The notes under the pieces were generated by a model. That model saw only the letters and a list, made by a program, of their open reading frames with translations. It was not told where the DNA came from and made no database searches. Both the position numbers and the translations under genes were made by a program. 64,000 nucleotides of DNA from Basidiobolus meristosporus CBS 931.73 (lineage: Eukaryota > Fungi > Basidiobolomycota), in the NCBI GenBank assembly GCA_002104905.1, contig MCFE01000371.1:21186-85185 (forward strand), written 5' to 3'. Position 1 is the stretch's first letter; every line of letters starts with the position of its first letter. Below are positions 38,301-50,856 of this stretch, in pieces.

Positions 38301-39721
38301 GCTTGGGGATCAATTTTCACTCCAGAAATTAGCTGATCTTTGATCATTTTACGCAAATAATCAAAATAGATGTGTCCAAATCTCCTGTGCCAAAGCATTG
38401 GTGTTCCTTCATTTAAGTTACTTATATTGGCCTCCAAATATGATGGAATGTAAGTGATCTTGTATAGATTCTGATCTCTGATGCCCAAAGCAATATGGGC
38501 ACCATTTTGATCAGTGATCCTGCATCCAGAATTGTCAAAACCAAACTGAGTCCTTCTGCTGTGGCCTTGCTTACAGAGAGTAGGTTCTTGGCTATTTCTG
38601 GTACATAGAGTACTTCTTTAAAGGTCAGTGTATGGCTTCCTTCACTGCTTCTTAGGTTTACTTGGATAGTTTCTTCTCCCACTGCATCAAGTGTTCTATT
38701 GTCACCCATGAAAACCTTCTTAATTGGAATTTCTTAATATTGGGTAAAAAGTTCTTTTTGGAGTGTAAAGTGTTGAGAAGCTCCAGAGTCAATATACCAC
38801 GTCTGAGAATCCTTGTTTGTGTCATATTTAGTGCAGATATGAATAGTCTATTTTCAGTTGTTGCAGCATTTCCATATTCAGGCTTCTTTTGCTGATTATC
38901 TTTCTTTTTGAGACACCGGTCTGATGTGTGTCCTTTCCTTTTGCAGTAGTTACAAAACAGGTTGCTGTTGCCTTTGTAGGGTCTTGGGCACCTCCTTTGT
39001 TGGTTATCATTGCTTATTAAAGCATTTTCTTCTTCCTTCTTATTGGCGCTTAATTTTCTCAATTCTTCATCTAGGGGCCTTCCATATATGTAATTTAAGG
39101 TCAAATCTTCAGTTCTGGACTCTAGGGCTGATACAAGGCCCTGAAGCTTGTCTGCCAGGCTATTCAGGATGATAACTATCACATCCTCATCAGTAGTTGG
39201 TACGCCCACAGATTCCATCTCATCTACCAGCAGGGTAACTCTGTTAATTAGATTTTTCATTTCTTCTTCTGGCAGCATCTTTGTAGTAAAGAATTTTCAA
39301 CTCAGATACATTTTCATGGCAGCTGAACATGACTGGTAAGTGTCTTCTAATGCCTTCCAGGCATTCTTTGCCGTTTTTGCTCTTTAGCATTGAATTAGCA
39401 ATTTGTCCTTGACATTAAGGCAAATGCAGTTAAAGGCAGTTTGTTCTTTCTTCTGGTACTTTAAGGCTTCCTCTCCCACATTTTTAGGAGGGCATTCTTC
39501 TCCCATGAAAATATCCCAAAGGCCTCTTTCTTGTAGCAGCATCTTCATCTTCACCTTCCACACTTGGTAGTTAGATCCATCCAACTTTTCAGCAGAGGGA
39601 AAAATTCCAGTAATAGCAGTAGTAGACATTGCAGAGAGTGACAGCTTGGGGCTCATAACCTGTTGTAAGAGTCTTGGAGATATTGGAAGTGATTGGGAGA
39701 ACAATACAAATTTTTACAACA
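35327..39721 (-). mobile_element. Near full-length Ty1/Copia retrotransposon, TSD AAATC
   Basis: Order is gag (KLDGSNYQVWK, CNYCKRKGHTSDRC), protease, integrase (DLIHSDLCGPM...SDNGGEY), RT (KARLVAKGYSQ, LALYVDDLII), RNase H (GYSDADW...TKHIDIRHH), split by frameshifts. 3' LTR 35327-35675, PPT GAGTGGGAG, 5' LTR remnant 39661-39721. Confidence 0.97.
39649..39660 (-). promoter_or_regulatory. Primer-binding site GGTTATGAGCCC (complement of the tRNA-iMet anticodon arm)
   Basis: Immediately follows the 5' LTR end CAACA on the minus strand. Confidence 0.85.
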
Positions 39722-39811
39722 AAATCCCACCTCAAACTCCCTGCATAAAAGCCATAGATATACTTTGTTGGCATTGGTGATCCATTTTGAAATAATTATT
39801 ACCACAATATC

Positions 39812-40160
39812 TGTTATAAAGATTTGTATTTCCACCTAAATATTCACATAGCTTAGTCACTTAGATCATTACCTTCAAATCCTAGAGAATACTGACCAAA
39901 TTCCTTGTTGGGATTTACTTAGAATATTTTCACCAAAATACCAGGTACCCAGAACATGAGAATTCTCAAAGTTGTCCAAACAGCCCCAAACTTTGCACAC
40001 ATGCTATTGGGACCTTCCTTAACCTATTCTACATGTTTGTAATGCCAAGACCAGGTAAAAGTATAAATACTACTTTTACATTGAATATATCATTAAGTGA
40101 AAACCATATAATATACTTGTTCTCCCAATCACTTCCAATATCTCCAAGACTCTTACAACA
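39812..40160 (+). mobile_element. Copia solo LTR, TSD ATATC
   Basis: TGTTATAA...TTACAACA termini; ATATC on both flanks. Confidence 0.95.
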
Positions 40161-40371
40161 ATATCAGCATTTGACTCCCAATGCTTTCAGTGTACTCTGG
40201 GTAAAAATTGCTCTAGAAGGCCACCTGAATAAGTACATATCCAGCTCATCCAGCTCAGGTAGTTGTATTTTTGCTTATGTGTATCAATACCCTGCAAAGA
40301 ATAATTGTGATGATCCTGTCAAAGGGCTGTCACAAAGCTTATATCTGGTAACTAAGAGGTGGTGATGTAAC

Positions 40372-40721
40372 TGTTGTAAGAGTCTTGGAGATATTGGAAG
40401 TGATTTGGGAGGACAAGTAGATTATGTGGTTTTCACTTAATGGTTTATTGAATGTAAAAGTGGTATTTATACTTTTACCTGGTCTTGGCATTACAAACAC
40501 ATAGAATAGGTTAAGGAAGGTCCCAAGAACATGTGTGCAAAGTTTGGGGCTGTTTGGACAACTTTGAGAATTTTCATGTTCTGGGTACCAGGTATTTTGG
40601 TGAAAATATTCCAAGTAAATCCCAACAAGAAATTTGTTCAGTATTCTCTAGGATTTGAGGGTACTGATCTAAGTGACTAAGTTAGGTGAATATTTAGGTG
40701 GAATTACAAATTTTTACAACA
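40372..40721 (-). mobile_element. Copia solo LTR, TSD GTAAC
   Basis: Same family in inverted orientation; GTAAC on both flanks. Confidence 0.95.
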
Positions 40722-40742
40722 GTAACAAAGGCATCATGCAAA

Positions 40743-41089
40743 TGTTGTAAGAGTCTTGAAGATATTGTAAGTGACTTGTAGAACAAGAAGATTGTAGTTG
40801 TCACTTGATGACTTATTGAATGTAAAGGTAGTGTTTATACTTTTACATGGTCTTGGTATAACAAACACATGGATTAGGTTTGGGAAGGTCCTAAGATCAT
40901 GTGTGCAAAGCTTGGGGCTGTTTGGACAACTTTGAGAATCTTCATGTTCTGGGTACAAGATATTTAGGTGAAAGTATTCTTGGTGAGTCTCAATGAGGAA
41001 TTTGGTCAGTATTCTCTAGGATTCAAAGGTAACAATTGAAGTGACTAATTGGGGTGAATATTTAGGTGGAGTTACAAACTTTTTCAACA
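40743..41089 (-). mobile_element. Older Copia solo LTR, TSD GCAAA
   Basis: More diverged copy 21 bp from the previous LTR; GCAAA on both flanks. Confidence 0.92.
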
Positions 41090-42450
41090 GCAAAGATCAT
41101 TACAAAAAATCAAGCCCCAGATTTCCCAATGAACTTGTTCAATATTTATCATCACAACAGTATATTGGTGGCTATTGGTTGGTTCCCTGCTTATTCTCTC
41201 ACTCACTTATCCCAGTCACTTGATCACATCCTACATTTGGGTACATTGATTGGCTATTGCCTATTTTTCATACTCATTACTTCCTGACTTAACTGACATG
41301 CTTACTTTTCATGCATACAAATTGGCTCATTTCCTTTAAAACTCTAGTAGTATCTCAATTGCCAATTGTACTGGCCTATACAAGTCCCTATACCTAACAC
41401 TTACTTTAATCCCAACCTTACACTCAACAAGTAACCCCATTGAAATCCACCATTCAATAGGTATTTCTGTCAGAATGCCCTTTTCCATGACTTTGGCAGG
41501 AACCCTGTGGCTTTATGGCATTGTTCATTCTCTAGTTCTCATACATCCTGGTCATCAGCCAGCACTGCAAAGTCTAGTGCCTGGTCTGTTAGTCTTTGCA
41601 GTAAATCCTTGCAATATTCACGTGCCTTTTCTTAAGAATTGGTCTTGAAGAATTGCAGCAACTGCTTGGTGTGCCTATTAATGTTCCAAAACTCCACTGT
41701 AGGCATTGTTATAGTCCTTGGAGTTCTTGATGTTGTTGCTTTGTCTGTCAGTGGGATCTCCACACCATCTGCAATAGAGGATGTTGAGGTAGTGGTAGAC
41801 CAAGTATCTTTCTCTTCAAGCTCATCTACCTCACAGGAGTGTAGCTCATCTACATGCACTTCCAACTCTTGCGGACACTCAACTACATACACTTCCAACT
41901 CTTGTGAAAACAGCTGTTGTCTTGTTGGTAAATCTTCTTGGCTAGTATGAGATAGAGCATGTTCCAGGCAGAAAGCAATAGTTGGTAAAACCACAGCTTT
42001 TTTCTTATACCTCCCTGCCTCTGGCTTGAGTAGACTTTTGCCTGATTACATTGATCACTGCTAAACCTTTCACTGCTACTTTGACTGAGTGCATCTTGCA
42101 TTGTACTGTGTTTTCTCCTAGATAAGTGCCAAAACAATGCATTTGCTTTTGCCTGCTTGTCCCTTATCAGCTACTCTTCTAGCTTCTTGATGTCTCTTTC
42201 CTGCTTGCTTTGCCTTTTCACCCTGCTTGTGACAGGCTGCTGAGAAAGCCACAGGTTCTTCTTCTGGCTATTGGTCCCATCTTTGCCACTTGTTTGGAGC
42301 TTTCAGCCCTGCCTGTGAGAAGCTCTTGAGGAAGCTGCTGGCTTTTAGCCATGGTGCCCTTGTTCTTCTGCCATTAATAGTGTCTGCTATTATTGAGATA
42401 CTTTCTAAGCATACCAATGTTGACCAAAAGTCTACTTGCTTACTGGCAGC

Positions 42451-42794
42451 TGATGTGAAAATTTGTAATTGCACCAAAATATACACCCAACTTAGTCAGA
42501 TCATTACCTACAAATCTTATGAAATACCAACCAAATTCCTTGTTGAGATTTACTTGGAATACCTTCACCAAAACACCAGGTACCCAGAAAATGAAAATTC
42601 ACAAAGCTGTCCATCAGCTCCCAACTTTACACACATCTTCTTGGGCCCTACCTAAGCCTATTATACATATTTGTTGTATCAACAAAATGTAAAATTATAA
42701 AATCTACTTTTACATTGTAGAAATCATTAAGTCAGGGCCACATAATCTACTTGTTCTCCTAATCATTTCCAGTATCTCCTAAACTCCAACAACA
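42451..42794 (+). mobile_element. Old Copia solo LTR, TSD GCAGC
   Basis: TGATGTGAAAATTTGTA...CAACA; GCAGC on both flanks. Confidence 0.88.
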
Positions 42795-43369
42795 GCAGCA
42801 AGGATGATGTTCATGGAGCAGATCAAGCATATTCTGCTTGGCCTTGAGTTCCTGATAGTCCTACAGTATGCTGGCCTTAAGGTGATGCTATGCTAGACTT
42901 CTTATGACCACTTGATTATTAGCCAATTTTTCACCATTGCACTCAACAGCTTCACCAATCTTCAATATCTTTTGATCTTTAGGCCTGGGTTAATATCACA
43001 GTCTCCCCTTCCCATGCTATGATTGACTTTTCTGTGAGCTCTATCTTGAGTCAATGTTGTTGTGCTTCAAAGACTTTATGGTGCACCTCTGCTGTTACAG
43101 CAGGAATTGCCTCATTTCTTGGCTGTAATATTAAGCTATTGGAGTTCCTTCTTTGCAGCAAAGATACTGCATTCTCTGCTTGGGATATGGATTGCTCTTC
43201 ACATGTTATCCACTAATTCTGCCTCTGGACTATTTTCTGATTTCTCTGGGCAATTGCATCAGTTCTATTTGCCACTGCACCTAATACCTCATTCATGCTT
43301 GAGTATGAGCTGACAACAAACTTTCCAATACTGGCAATGGTGATATTGTGATGGCCACTTGCTGGTCCA

Positions 43370-45471
43370 CCAATAGAAGTATTGTGTTTGCAACTGCACT
43401 TCAGCCAGAATTAGTGCCCAGGAATATTCTGGAAATAATCATTCCAGTATTGAAAACCAGGGGATCCAACTGGACCACAAGTACCCCAAGTTACTTTATC
43501 AATGAGGGTACAAACTTGGCCTTTGCCTATTGAGTCCATATTGATGAGCCTCAGACTGTAAAGGTGGCCCTAAATAGCCCTCAGACAAAGTTTTGAAGAT
43601 CAGCAATGACTGATGAGTATCAGGCCCATATGGCCAATTGAACTTGGCACTTGGCCAAAATACCAATCAATCAGATATCATATGGATGGAGATGGATCTT
43701 CAAGACAAATTACAAGACTGACAGTACAATTGAAAAGTCCAAAGCAAGACTGGTGGCCAAAGGATACTCCCAAACAAAAGAACATGACTATACTGAGACC
43801 TTTGCTCTGGAAGCCAAGTTTAAATCCATCAGATTAATGTTGGCTATGGCAGCCAAATATAAGTTTTTTATTCAGCAGATGGATGTAAAAGCTCCATTTC
43901 TGAATTGTGAAATCAATGAGAACATGTTCATGGACCGGCCTAATGAGTTTGTTGACTAAGGTAGCCCCCACTTAGTCTGCAAGCTTAAAAAATTACTATT
44001 TGGTGTCAAATATTCACCAAGAGCCTGGAACTCCAATATAGTTTTGTATTAGGAATCTTTGAGCTCCCAAAGGAGTACTGCTGACTATAGTATATACTAT
44101 AGGCTAGATAGAGCAAGTCCAGTTCTATTAGCTCTGTATGTGGATGATCTTACTATGGCCACCAACAACCTACAAATACTGGAAGAGACTAAATCTGGCC
44201 TATCTAAGGGGTTCAAGATGTGCAAAATAGGAGAGCTCAGGTACTACTTAGGAATAAGGTTCCCCATATACAGGAGTACCCAGATTATCATGCTTTGCCA
44301 ATCCAAATATATTCAAGATATACTTAAGAAGTACTAAACAGAAAACTGTGAATCAGCAGCTGCCCCAGTGCAGACAAACCTTAACTTGGTCTAATACAGC
44401 CAAATTAAGAGAGTTTGGTGCCATCCAAAAGCCCTAACTCTCTTTATCAATCTATGGCAGGTAGTCTGATGTATATTGTGCTTGGATTATATCTAGATAT
44501 CTCATACTCAGTGGAAGTTGTCAGCCAGCATAATCAGTGCTACAGATCTCATACAATTACAGCAGTTAAGCAGATTTTTAGATACCTAAAAGGAACTGCT
44601 GATATCAGCTAAAGGCGCATCTGCAAGGATTTGGAACAAGATCTTGTGGAATAATCTGAAGCTGACTGGGGACAAAATATAGAAGACAGATGATTTACTA
44701 CTGGATACACCTTTCTTTGCTGTAAAGGAGTAATTTGATGGAATTCAAGAAGGCAACCAACCAGAGCACTTTCTACCACAGAGGCAGAGTATATGGCAGT
44801 CTGTGAAGCTACAAGAGAAGTTATGTGCCTAAGAAAGCATATTGAAGAATTAGCTTTATGTTAAAAGTGCCTATAACTTTATTTCAGGATAATCAAGGAT
44901 GTATATATTAGGTAGAAATCCAACTTTTCATGCTAGAGATAAGCAAAGAGACATCAGACATTATTTCATATGTGAAGTTATAGACAATAGCCAGGTTAAC
45001 TTGGCTTACTATCCTACAGAAGAAATGATTGCAGATATATTTATCAAACCAATAGCTAGAGACAAGTTTGGTTATCCTGGGTCAAAACTAGGACTATACA
45101 GTATGAGTATTGAGTCAAGGGGGAGTGTTGTTGTAGTTAGTAGCTCCACTTAAATATTCACCTAACTTGGTTGCTTAGATCATTGCCTACAAAATCTAGA
45201 AATACTTGCCAAATTCCTTGCTGGGATTTACTTGGAATATTCTTACCAAAATATCAGGTATTCAGAACATGCAATTCTCATAGTTGTCCAAACAGTCCCA
45301 AACTTTGCAAACAGCTTCTTGGGACCTTCCTAGATAAAATATATGTGCTAGTTGTGCCAAGAACATGCAAAATTATAAATACTACTTTTACATTCAATAA
45401 AGCATTACGTGAAGCCACCTAATCTACTAGCTCTCCAAATTGCTTGCTGTATCTCCAAGACTCTTACAACA
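43370..45471 (+). mobile_element. 5'-truncated degenerate Copia of the same family (RT, RNase H, PPT, 3' LTR 45126-45471)
   Basis: SKARLVAKGYSQ, LALYVDDL and NPTFHAR ORF pieces; PPT AAGGGGGAG precedes TGTTG. Confidence 0.92.
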
Positions 45472-47520
45472 GCAAGTACTCCCATATCCCAACCTCATCA
45501 TGAATGTGACCTTCAAGTCCATCATGGATGTAATGAGTTGGCACATAGAGGGCTGCAAGGTATAGTTGGAAAATACAGAGGACAGATGTGCGCATGGAGA
45601 CACCTGTACCTTTGGTATTGAGAAGCTAATCAGCCACAAAGAATGTATAATCAGTTAAGTAAGGCAAGGTTGGGATGGACACAACAAGCCACAAAACTTA
45701 TTAGAGCAACTTTACCAAAGTATACCAAGTTTCTTCTGATTACAAGCCAGTTTTTATACCTATCAATACAGAACCCACACAAACAAGAACCGGAGCACAC
45801 CTATAAGGGGGACTAGAGTCCAGCAGTGAGAAGGAATACATTATCATTGCACCAAGAGGTATTTCAAGTATATTCAAGATGTATATATGGCAAAAGTGGT
45901 GGCAACCAGGTACATATATGAAAGATGTTTAAATTACCAGAAATACAAGGTTTATGGCAGCTTTGCAGGTGCCTCATTGAGAAGCCATAGGGTTGAGGTG
46001 ATAGAGGTGTGTCAATTCCAGCCAGTGTATGCATATGAAGAGGCCAGTAAGCAGTAGGCCACAATTATCTGGATTCAAAATATACATGTAATGCCAATGG
46101 TAATGATGTGCAAACAAATAGATTGGGGGGACTCTACAGTGGAATATATGAATGGTGCAAGGGGTGGTAGAAAAAGGAAATACCATCCGGTACCTTGGTA
46201 CAGCAGCTTAATTCACTACTAGCTGTAGGTAGTAATACTACCATAACAATACCAGTAGATGTCCACATAAAGGCTATCAAAGCACTATCAAGTTGTTTTC
46301 CAAATTTAACATTGGCATATATTGGCTAGTTGGGTTTTCATATGTATATGTAAAATGCAATTTGATTGTTGGAATGCAATTCAAATTTCTCCAAATGTCC
46401 ACTATACCACTGTAAAGCTTGGGAACCATTTTAGCAGTAAAGTCAGCAAAAGACCATTATGATTTGGTCATAACATTGAGATGATGGTCAACAATATCAG
46501 GCTGCTGGCTAAGCCAGATATCAGCTAAATATCAGGAATTAGTGAATTACAGAGTCTTGAGAAAATCTGAGACTTTGCCAAATGAGCTGAATCTTGGCTC
46601 ATGTACTACTAAGACCTCCCTAGTAGTGAGCAGTATATATACTTACATAGTTCTGCAATAAGCATTGATACTGTGCTGCAACCCAGTAAGCCAACAAGTG
46701 AATACCATGTAGATCTTCTAATTCTCCAATTTACTTCCAATATATCTCTCTGATATTTCCACAAGCATGACTCACTAGTGCCACTCACTATCTATACACT
46801 TATGCAACTACACAAATGCAAGGACTGAGTGAACTGGATGTTTCCTTATTCAACTGGCCTCTCAGAGTTACTTTTACCTAGTGCACATTGGAAACAATGG
46901 GAGTCAGATGTTGCTATTTTGAGAGTACTTGTTTCACAGGAGGTTTACCAATGTCTTTTTAGCATATCTACCAATTCATTTAAGGAGTTTATATTGCAAT
47001 TTAAGAGGCTATACAACAATCATAAAGCTAAGCACAAAGATCTTACAAGCAGGACTAGAATTTAGCAGGGAGAAGAAGCATATTGGCTAGGTACTGAAAA
47101 GTATTCTGTCAGCATTCAGGAGGCATTCACAAAAAAAGTGGCTGCAACCAAGCATATGCTTGCAAGATATATATATTACCAGCATTACAAGGCATATGGC
47201 AACTTTGCAAATATAACACTGAATAGCTCTAAAGTTGAGGTGATAGATATATGTCATTTGCAGCAGATATGTGCATATGTAGAGGTTGGTAAGCAGGAGA
47301 CCATAGTTTCTTTGGCTCAAACAACACGTCAAATTCCTATAATAGTAATGATTAAGCAAATAAAATTGGGGCAAGTATACAATGCAATATATGGATGGTG
47401 CAAGGAGAGGTAGCAAAAGAAATTACCCATTGGTAAACCTGTATAGTAGTGTTGTACAGCACCAGCTGTAGGCAGCCAAACTGCAATCATAATACTAACA
47501 GATGCCTGCATCAAGGCAAT
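45472..47520 (+). mobile_element. Two degenerate copies of the gag/protease-like family (45472-46260 and ~47050-47520)
   Basis: Mutual homology and homology to 34340-35155 and 5255-5480. Confidence 0.6.
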
Positions 47521-47860
47521 TCAATCACCTTCAAGTTCTTTTCCATATACAGTATTTGCCTGAGCTGGCCAGTTTAGTCTCGGAATCTTGCACTTTGATA
47601 CTTATGGCATTGAAGGCTTTTATCTCCTTCTCTTGAGACTTTTCAACTTCTTCTTTTGTTCCTTTGGGCTCAACCTCCTTTCCCATCAGTGTATTCCAAT
47701 GCTCTCTTTCCACATGGTGGATTGGCATCTTGACTCTCCAGAGCTTGTAGTTCCTTCCATCAAACCTGTCCTATAAGGGAAGATGTTTGTATTGCTCTGT
47801 TTGCTTGTAAATATCATCTTTAGACTAGAGTAAGGTAATAAGGGCTCAAAACCTGTTGCA
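47520..47860 (-). mobile_element. Copia gag N-terminal fragment with LTR end and PBS (second family)
   Basis: Minus strand TGCAACA-GGTTTTGAGCCC; ORF WNTLMGKEVEPK...KAFNAISIKV resembles Copia gag. Confidence 0.6.
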
Positions 47861-48129
47861 AATTAAATGTTTTTTGAAGTTAGGGTACTTATCAACAAAG
47901 AATAATTCCACTGGAACTGTAGCTTAATAATACAGAAAGCTCAGTAGTTATACCTCTATAGAAATAATACAACTGTCACACCAAGTATGCAGGGTTTCTC
48001 AACACTCAGGAACATTCTATAACAGTTTCAGGGTTAATACGTAAATTTGATAAAAGTGCTAATTTGATCCTAATTATAGGATAGTAATCATAGGATTATA
48101 GAGCTGAAAGAAAGTATAAAGTTGGGGCT

Positions 48130-50856
48130 GTTATTTAGTCCTTCAGTGACAAAGACTAGCCCAGAATTGTTGAGTAAAATTCTTGCTATGAATGATACCC
48201 AATGGTCCAATGTCTCAACAGTGGCTACTTCAGATTTGTGATAACTTCCATGTTCTTTGGGACCTGGATAACTCCTGTGCTAGTCACTATTTGTCCTACA
48301 TACTCAATGTATATGTTGAACAACTCACACTTTGCTAGCTTGTTCTCTGCTTGCTTCTTAAAGACCTTTTCAATGTGTGCTAAGTGGTCTTCATTTGTTT
48401 GGCTGTACATCAATATGTCATCTAGATAGATGAGCACAAGCTTGTTTAAGTTCTCCTGGAAAATGGTTGCATTAAGGTCATGAATGTTGCAAGAGCATTG
48501 GTGAGGCCAAAACTCATGAATAGGTACTTGTTATGTCTATATCTGATCCTGATTGCTGTTGTGGGGATAACTTCTGGTTTCACCCTAATTTGGTTGCATC
48601 CTGACATGAGATCAATCTTGGTCAATATGATGGTTCCATTAAGTTAGTCCAAAAGCTCATCAGTCCAAGGTATAGTGTACTTACTTTTACAGTAACTGAA
48701 TTAAGACCCCTGTAGTTAATGCATGTCCCAAGTGTTCCATCATTCTATTTCACAAATAGCACTGGTGCTCCCCAAGGTGACTTGCTGGGCCTGATGTTTC
48801 CTTGTTCCAATAGTAGAACAGTTTGTCTCCTCGTCTCTTGCAGTTCCATTTGACTCATAGTATAAGGTGTCTTGATGAGTGGGGAGCTATCTCCTGGGTA
48901 AATGACATTTATCCGCATCTTGGACTGGTGGTAGGCTTACAAGCTCTGCTGGAAACATCTTTGAATATTTGTTCAGAGGAATCTGAAGTATCTACAGAGC
49001 TGGAGTAGAGAACTTATCCTGCAATACTGCAGTGAGAAATATCTTTATCACTTTCCTAAGTGCTCAGCAGAACCCTGCCTTGTGTAGTTCTCTGATTTTC
49101 AACCAGTTGGAATTGGCCAACTTGAAATTCAGTCTGGCAGGTAGTAGTTCATAGGCCTAGTGGCCTTCTTGTTACTGAGTTGAATGGTTCTCCAATTCAT
49201 TGATGTATTACAGTTGTATAGCCATGTTTTTCCAAGAACCAGGTCAAGTTTGCAGTTTCCAAATATATAGGTCTGCAGGTCTTGTTTACAGTCATTGATC
49301 TTTATTCTTACTTGTTGAGTGATAGAGTTGATTATGTGAGTGATCCCACCAGCTGTTCAAGCTGAAGTGGATTTGTTAAACTCCAAGTTGATCCTGGTTT
49401 CAAGGCTGGTTGTTCTGACATGTACCTGTGTGATGCTCCTGAGTCAATCATAATCTTAGCTGGTACTCCATGGATTACTCCAACTAAGTACAATATATTC
49501 CTTGAGTTTGAGGTCATTTGGGATAAGTATTTGTCTGTCACATGGTAGGCAAGTTTGGAGTCCTCTACAAGTTCAGCTTCCACTGCACTTTGTCCTTGGG
49601 CTTCACTATAGTGGAAAGTTCTTGTAGACTGATGTTGATTTCTTTACTGAGGCCAGTACTTTGAGATTTGCCTATGCTGGTGGCAATTGAAACAAAGTCC
49701 TTTCTTCTTATATTCTTCTAAGCCAGGATTCTTCTGCATGGCATTTATTTCATTGGCACTGCATCTTACTCTCCTCCTTCATGGTCATTGTGGCTTCTCT
49801 GATTAGGTACTGAAGGCTTTCCAACTCCAAGCATAGCCTGGTCATAGTCAATGGTAATCTTGATAGCTTTGTCAGTAGTTTTGGGCTGTTGATAATTGAC
49901 TTCCTGGCAGTATTTTCTATCAACCCATTAAAAAGTATTCAACTTCTTCAGGGAGGTCCATTCTTTCAATCTGTCCAAGTAGACACCTACACTCATAGAT
50001 GTATTCCTGAATCATTCCTTTTTGTCTGAGTGTCTTCAGCTTCCTTCTTAGTACTGTCTGCTGATGAGGAGGCTCAATATCATCATGAGTTCCCAACACA
50101 AGCCAATCCTGGGTAGAGATAGTAGAGCAGCCCATCATAGTGGCTGACCTAATCTTACAGTGATGTCACTGCAAAGCTGCATTTGGCAAGATAGTAGCTA
50201 CATAATGCTACTTGCTTTGTGGGACAATTCCCCTAGAATTAAAAGTTTCTTGAATTTGAAAGAGCTAAGTTCCCAGGTTTTCATTGACTCTACCATGGTA
50301 CCAGTTGACCTTGACATCAAAGTTGCTTTTGACAGGGCTTTGCTGGCTCTAGGCCGTGGAAGTCATTCCTGGTTAATACTAGCTGAGGATCTGGCATAAC
50401 AGCTGCTATTGGGCCAGAATATACTGCATAGCATTCTTCCATTCTTGATCTTCCAACATTGATGGTGAAGCTTCTTCTCACTTCAGGAGAGAGGTTTCAG
50501 GTTATTGCTGCTACCAATGTTAGAAGCCTTGAAATAAGAGTTGTAGAGGAATATTTCCTAAATTGAGCTGTTGTCTAATGGGGTTGTAGCGGCTCATTAT
50601 ATGCATTTTGTCAGGCTGATTGATGACTAATTTTTTTGTATGTTGTGGCAGATGACTTAGTTGATTGCATCATTGTCTCCTAATTAGATCTTACTTAATA
50701 CATCATTTTCTGTCCAATAAGCATCTGCTGATTCTTCTGCTGACTTATACTACTGACTTGATAGAAAACACTGATATACTAATAGATCAAGCATGAAACT
50801 AATTGACTTGACCAAATACAAATCTAATCTGGGAGTTTAAACATCAGATAAAAACA
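48130..50856 (-). mobile_element. Degenerate Ty3/Gypsy element (5' LTR ~50518-50856, gag, protease, RT), 3'-truncated
   Basis: PBS TGGTAGCAGC follows the LTR; KIMIDSGASH protease; IYLDDILMYS RT; LRRKLKTLRQKG gag. Confidence 0.88.

Noticed and set aside
35327-42794. Recurrent ~350-bp units that might suggest a CRISPR-like or satellite array
   Set aside because: They are Copia LTRs with TG...CA ends and individual 5-bp TSDs.
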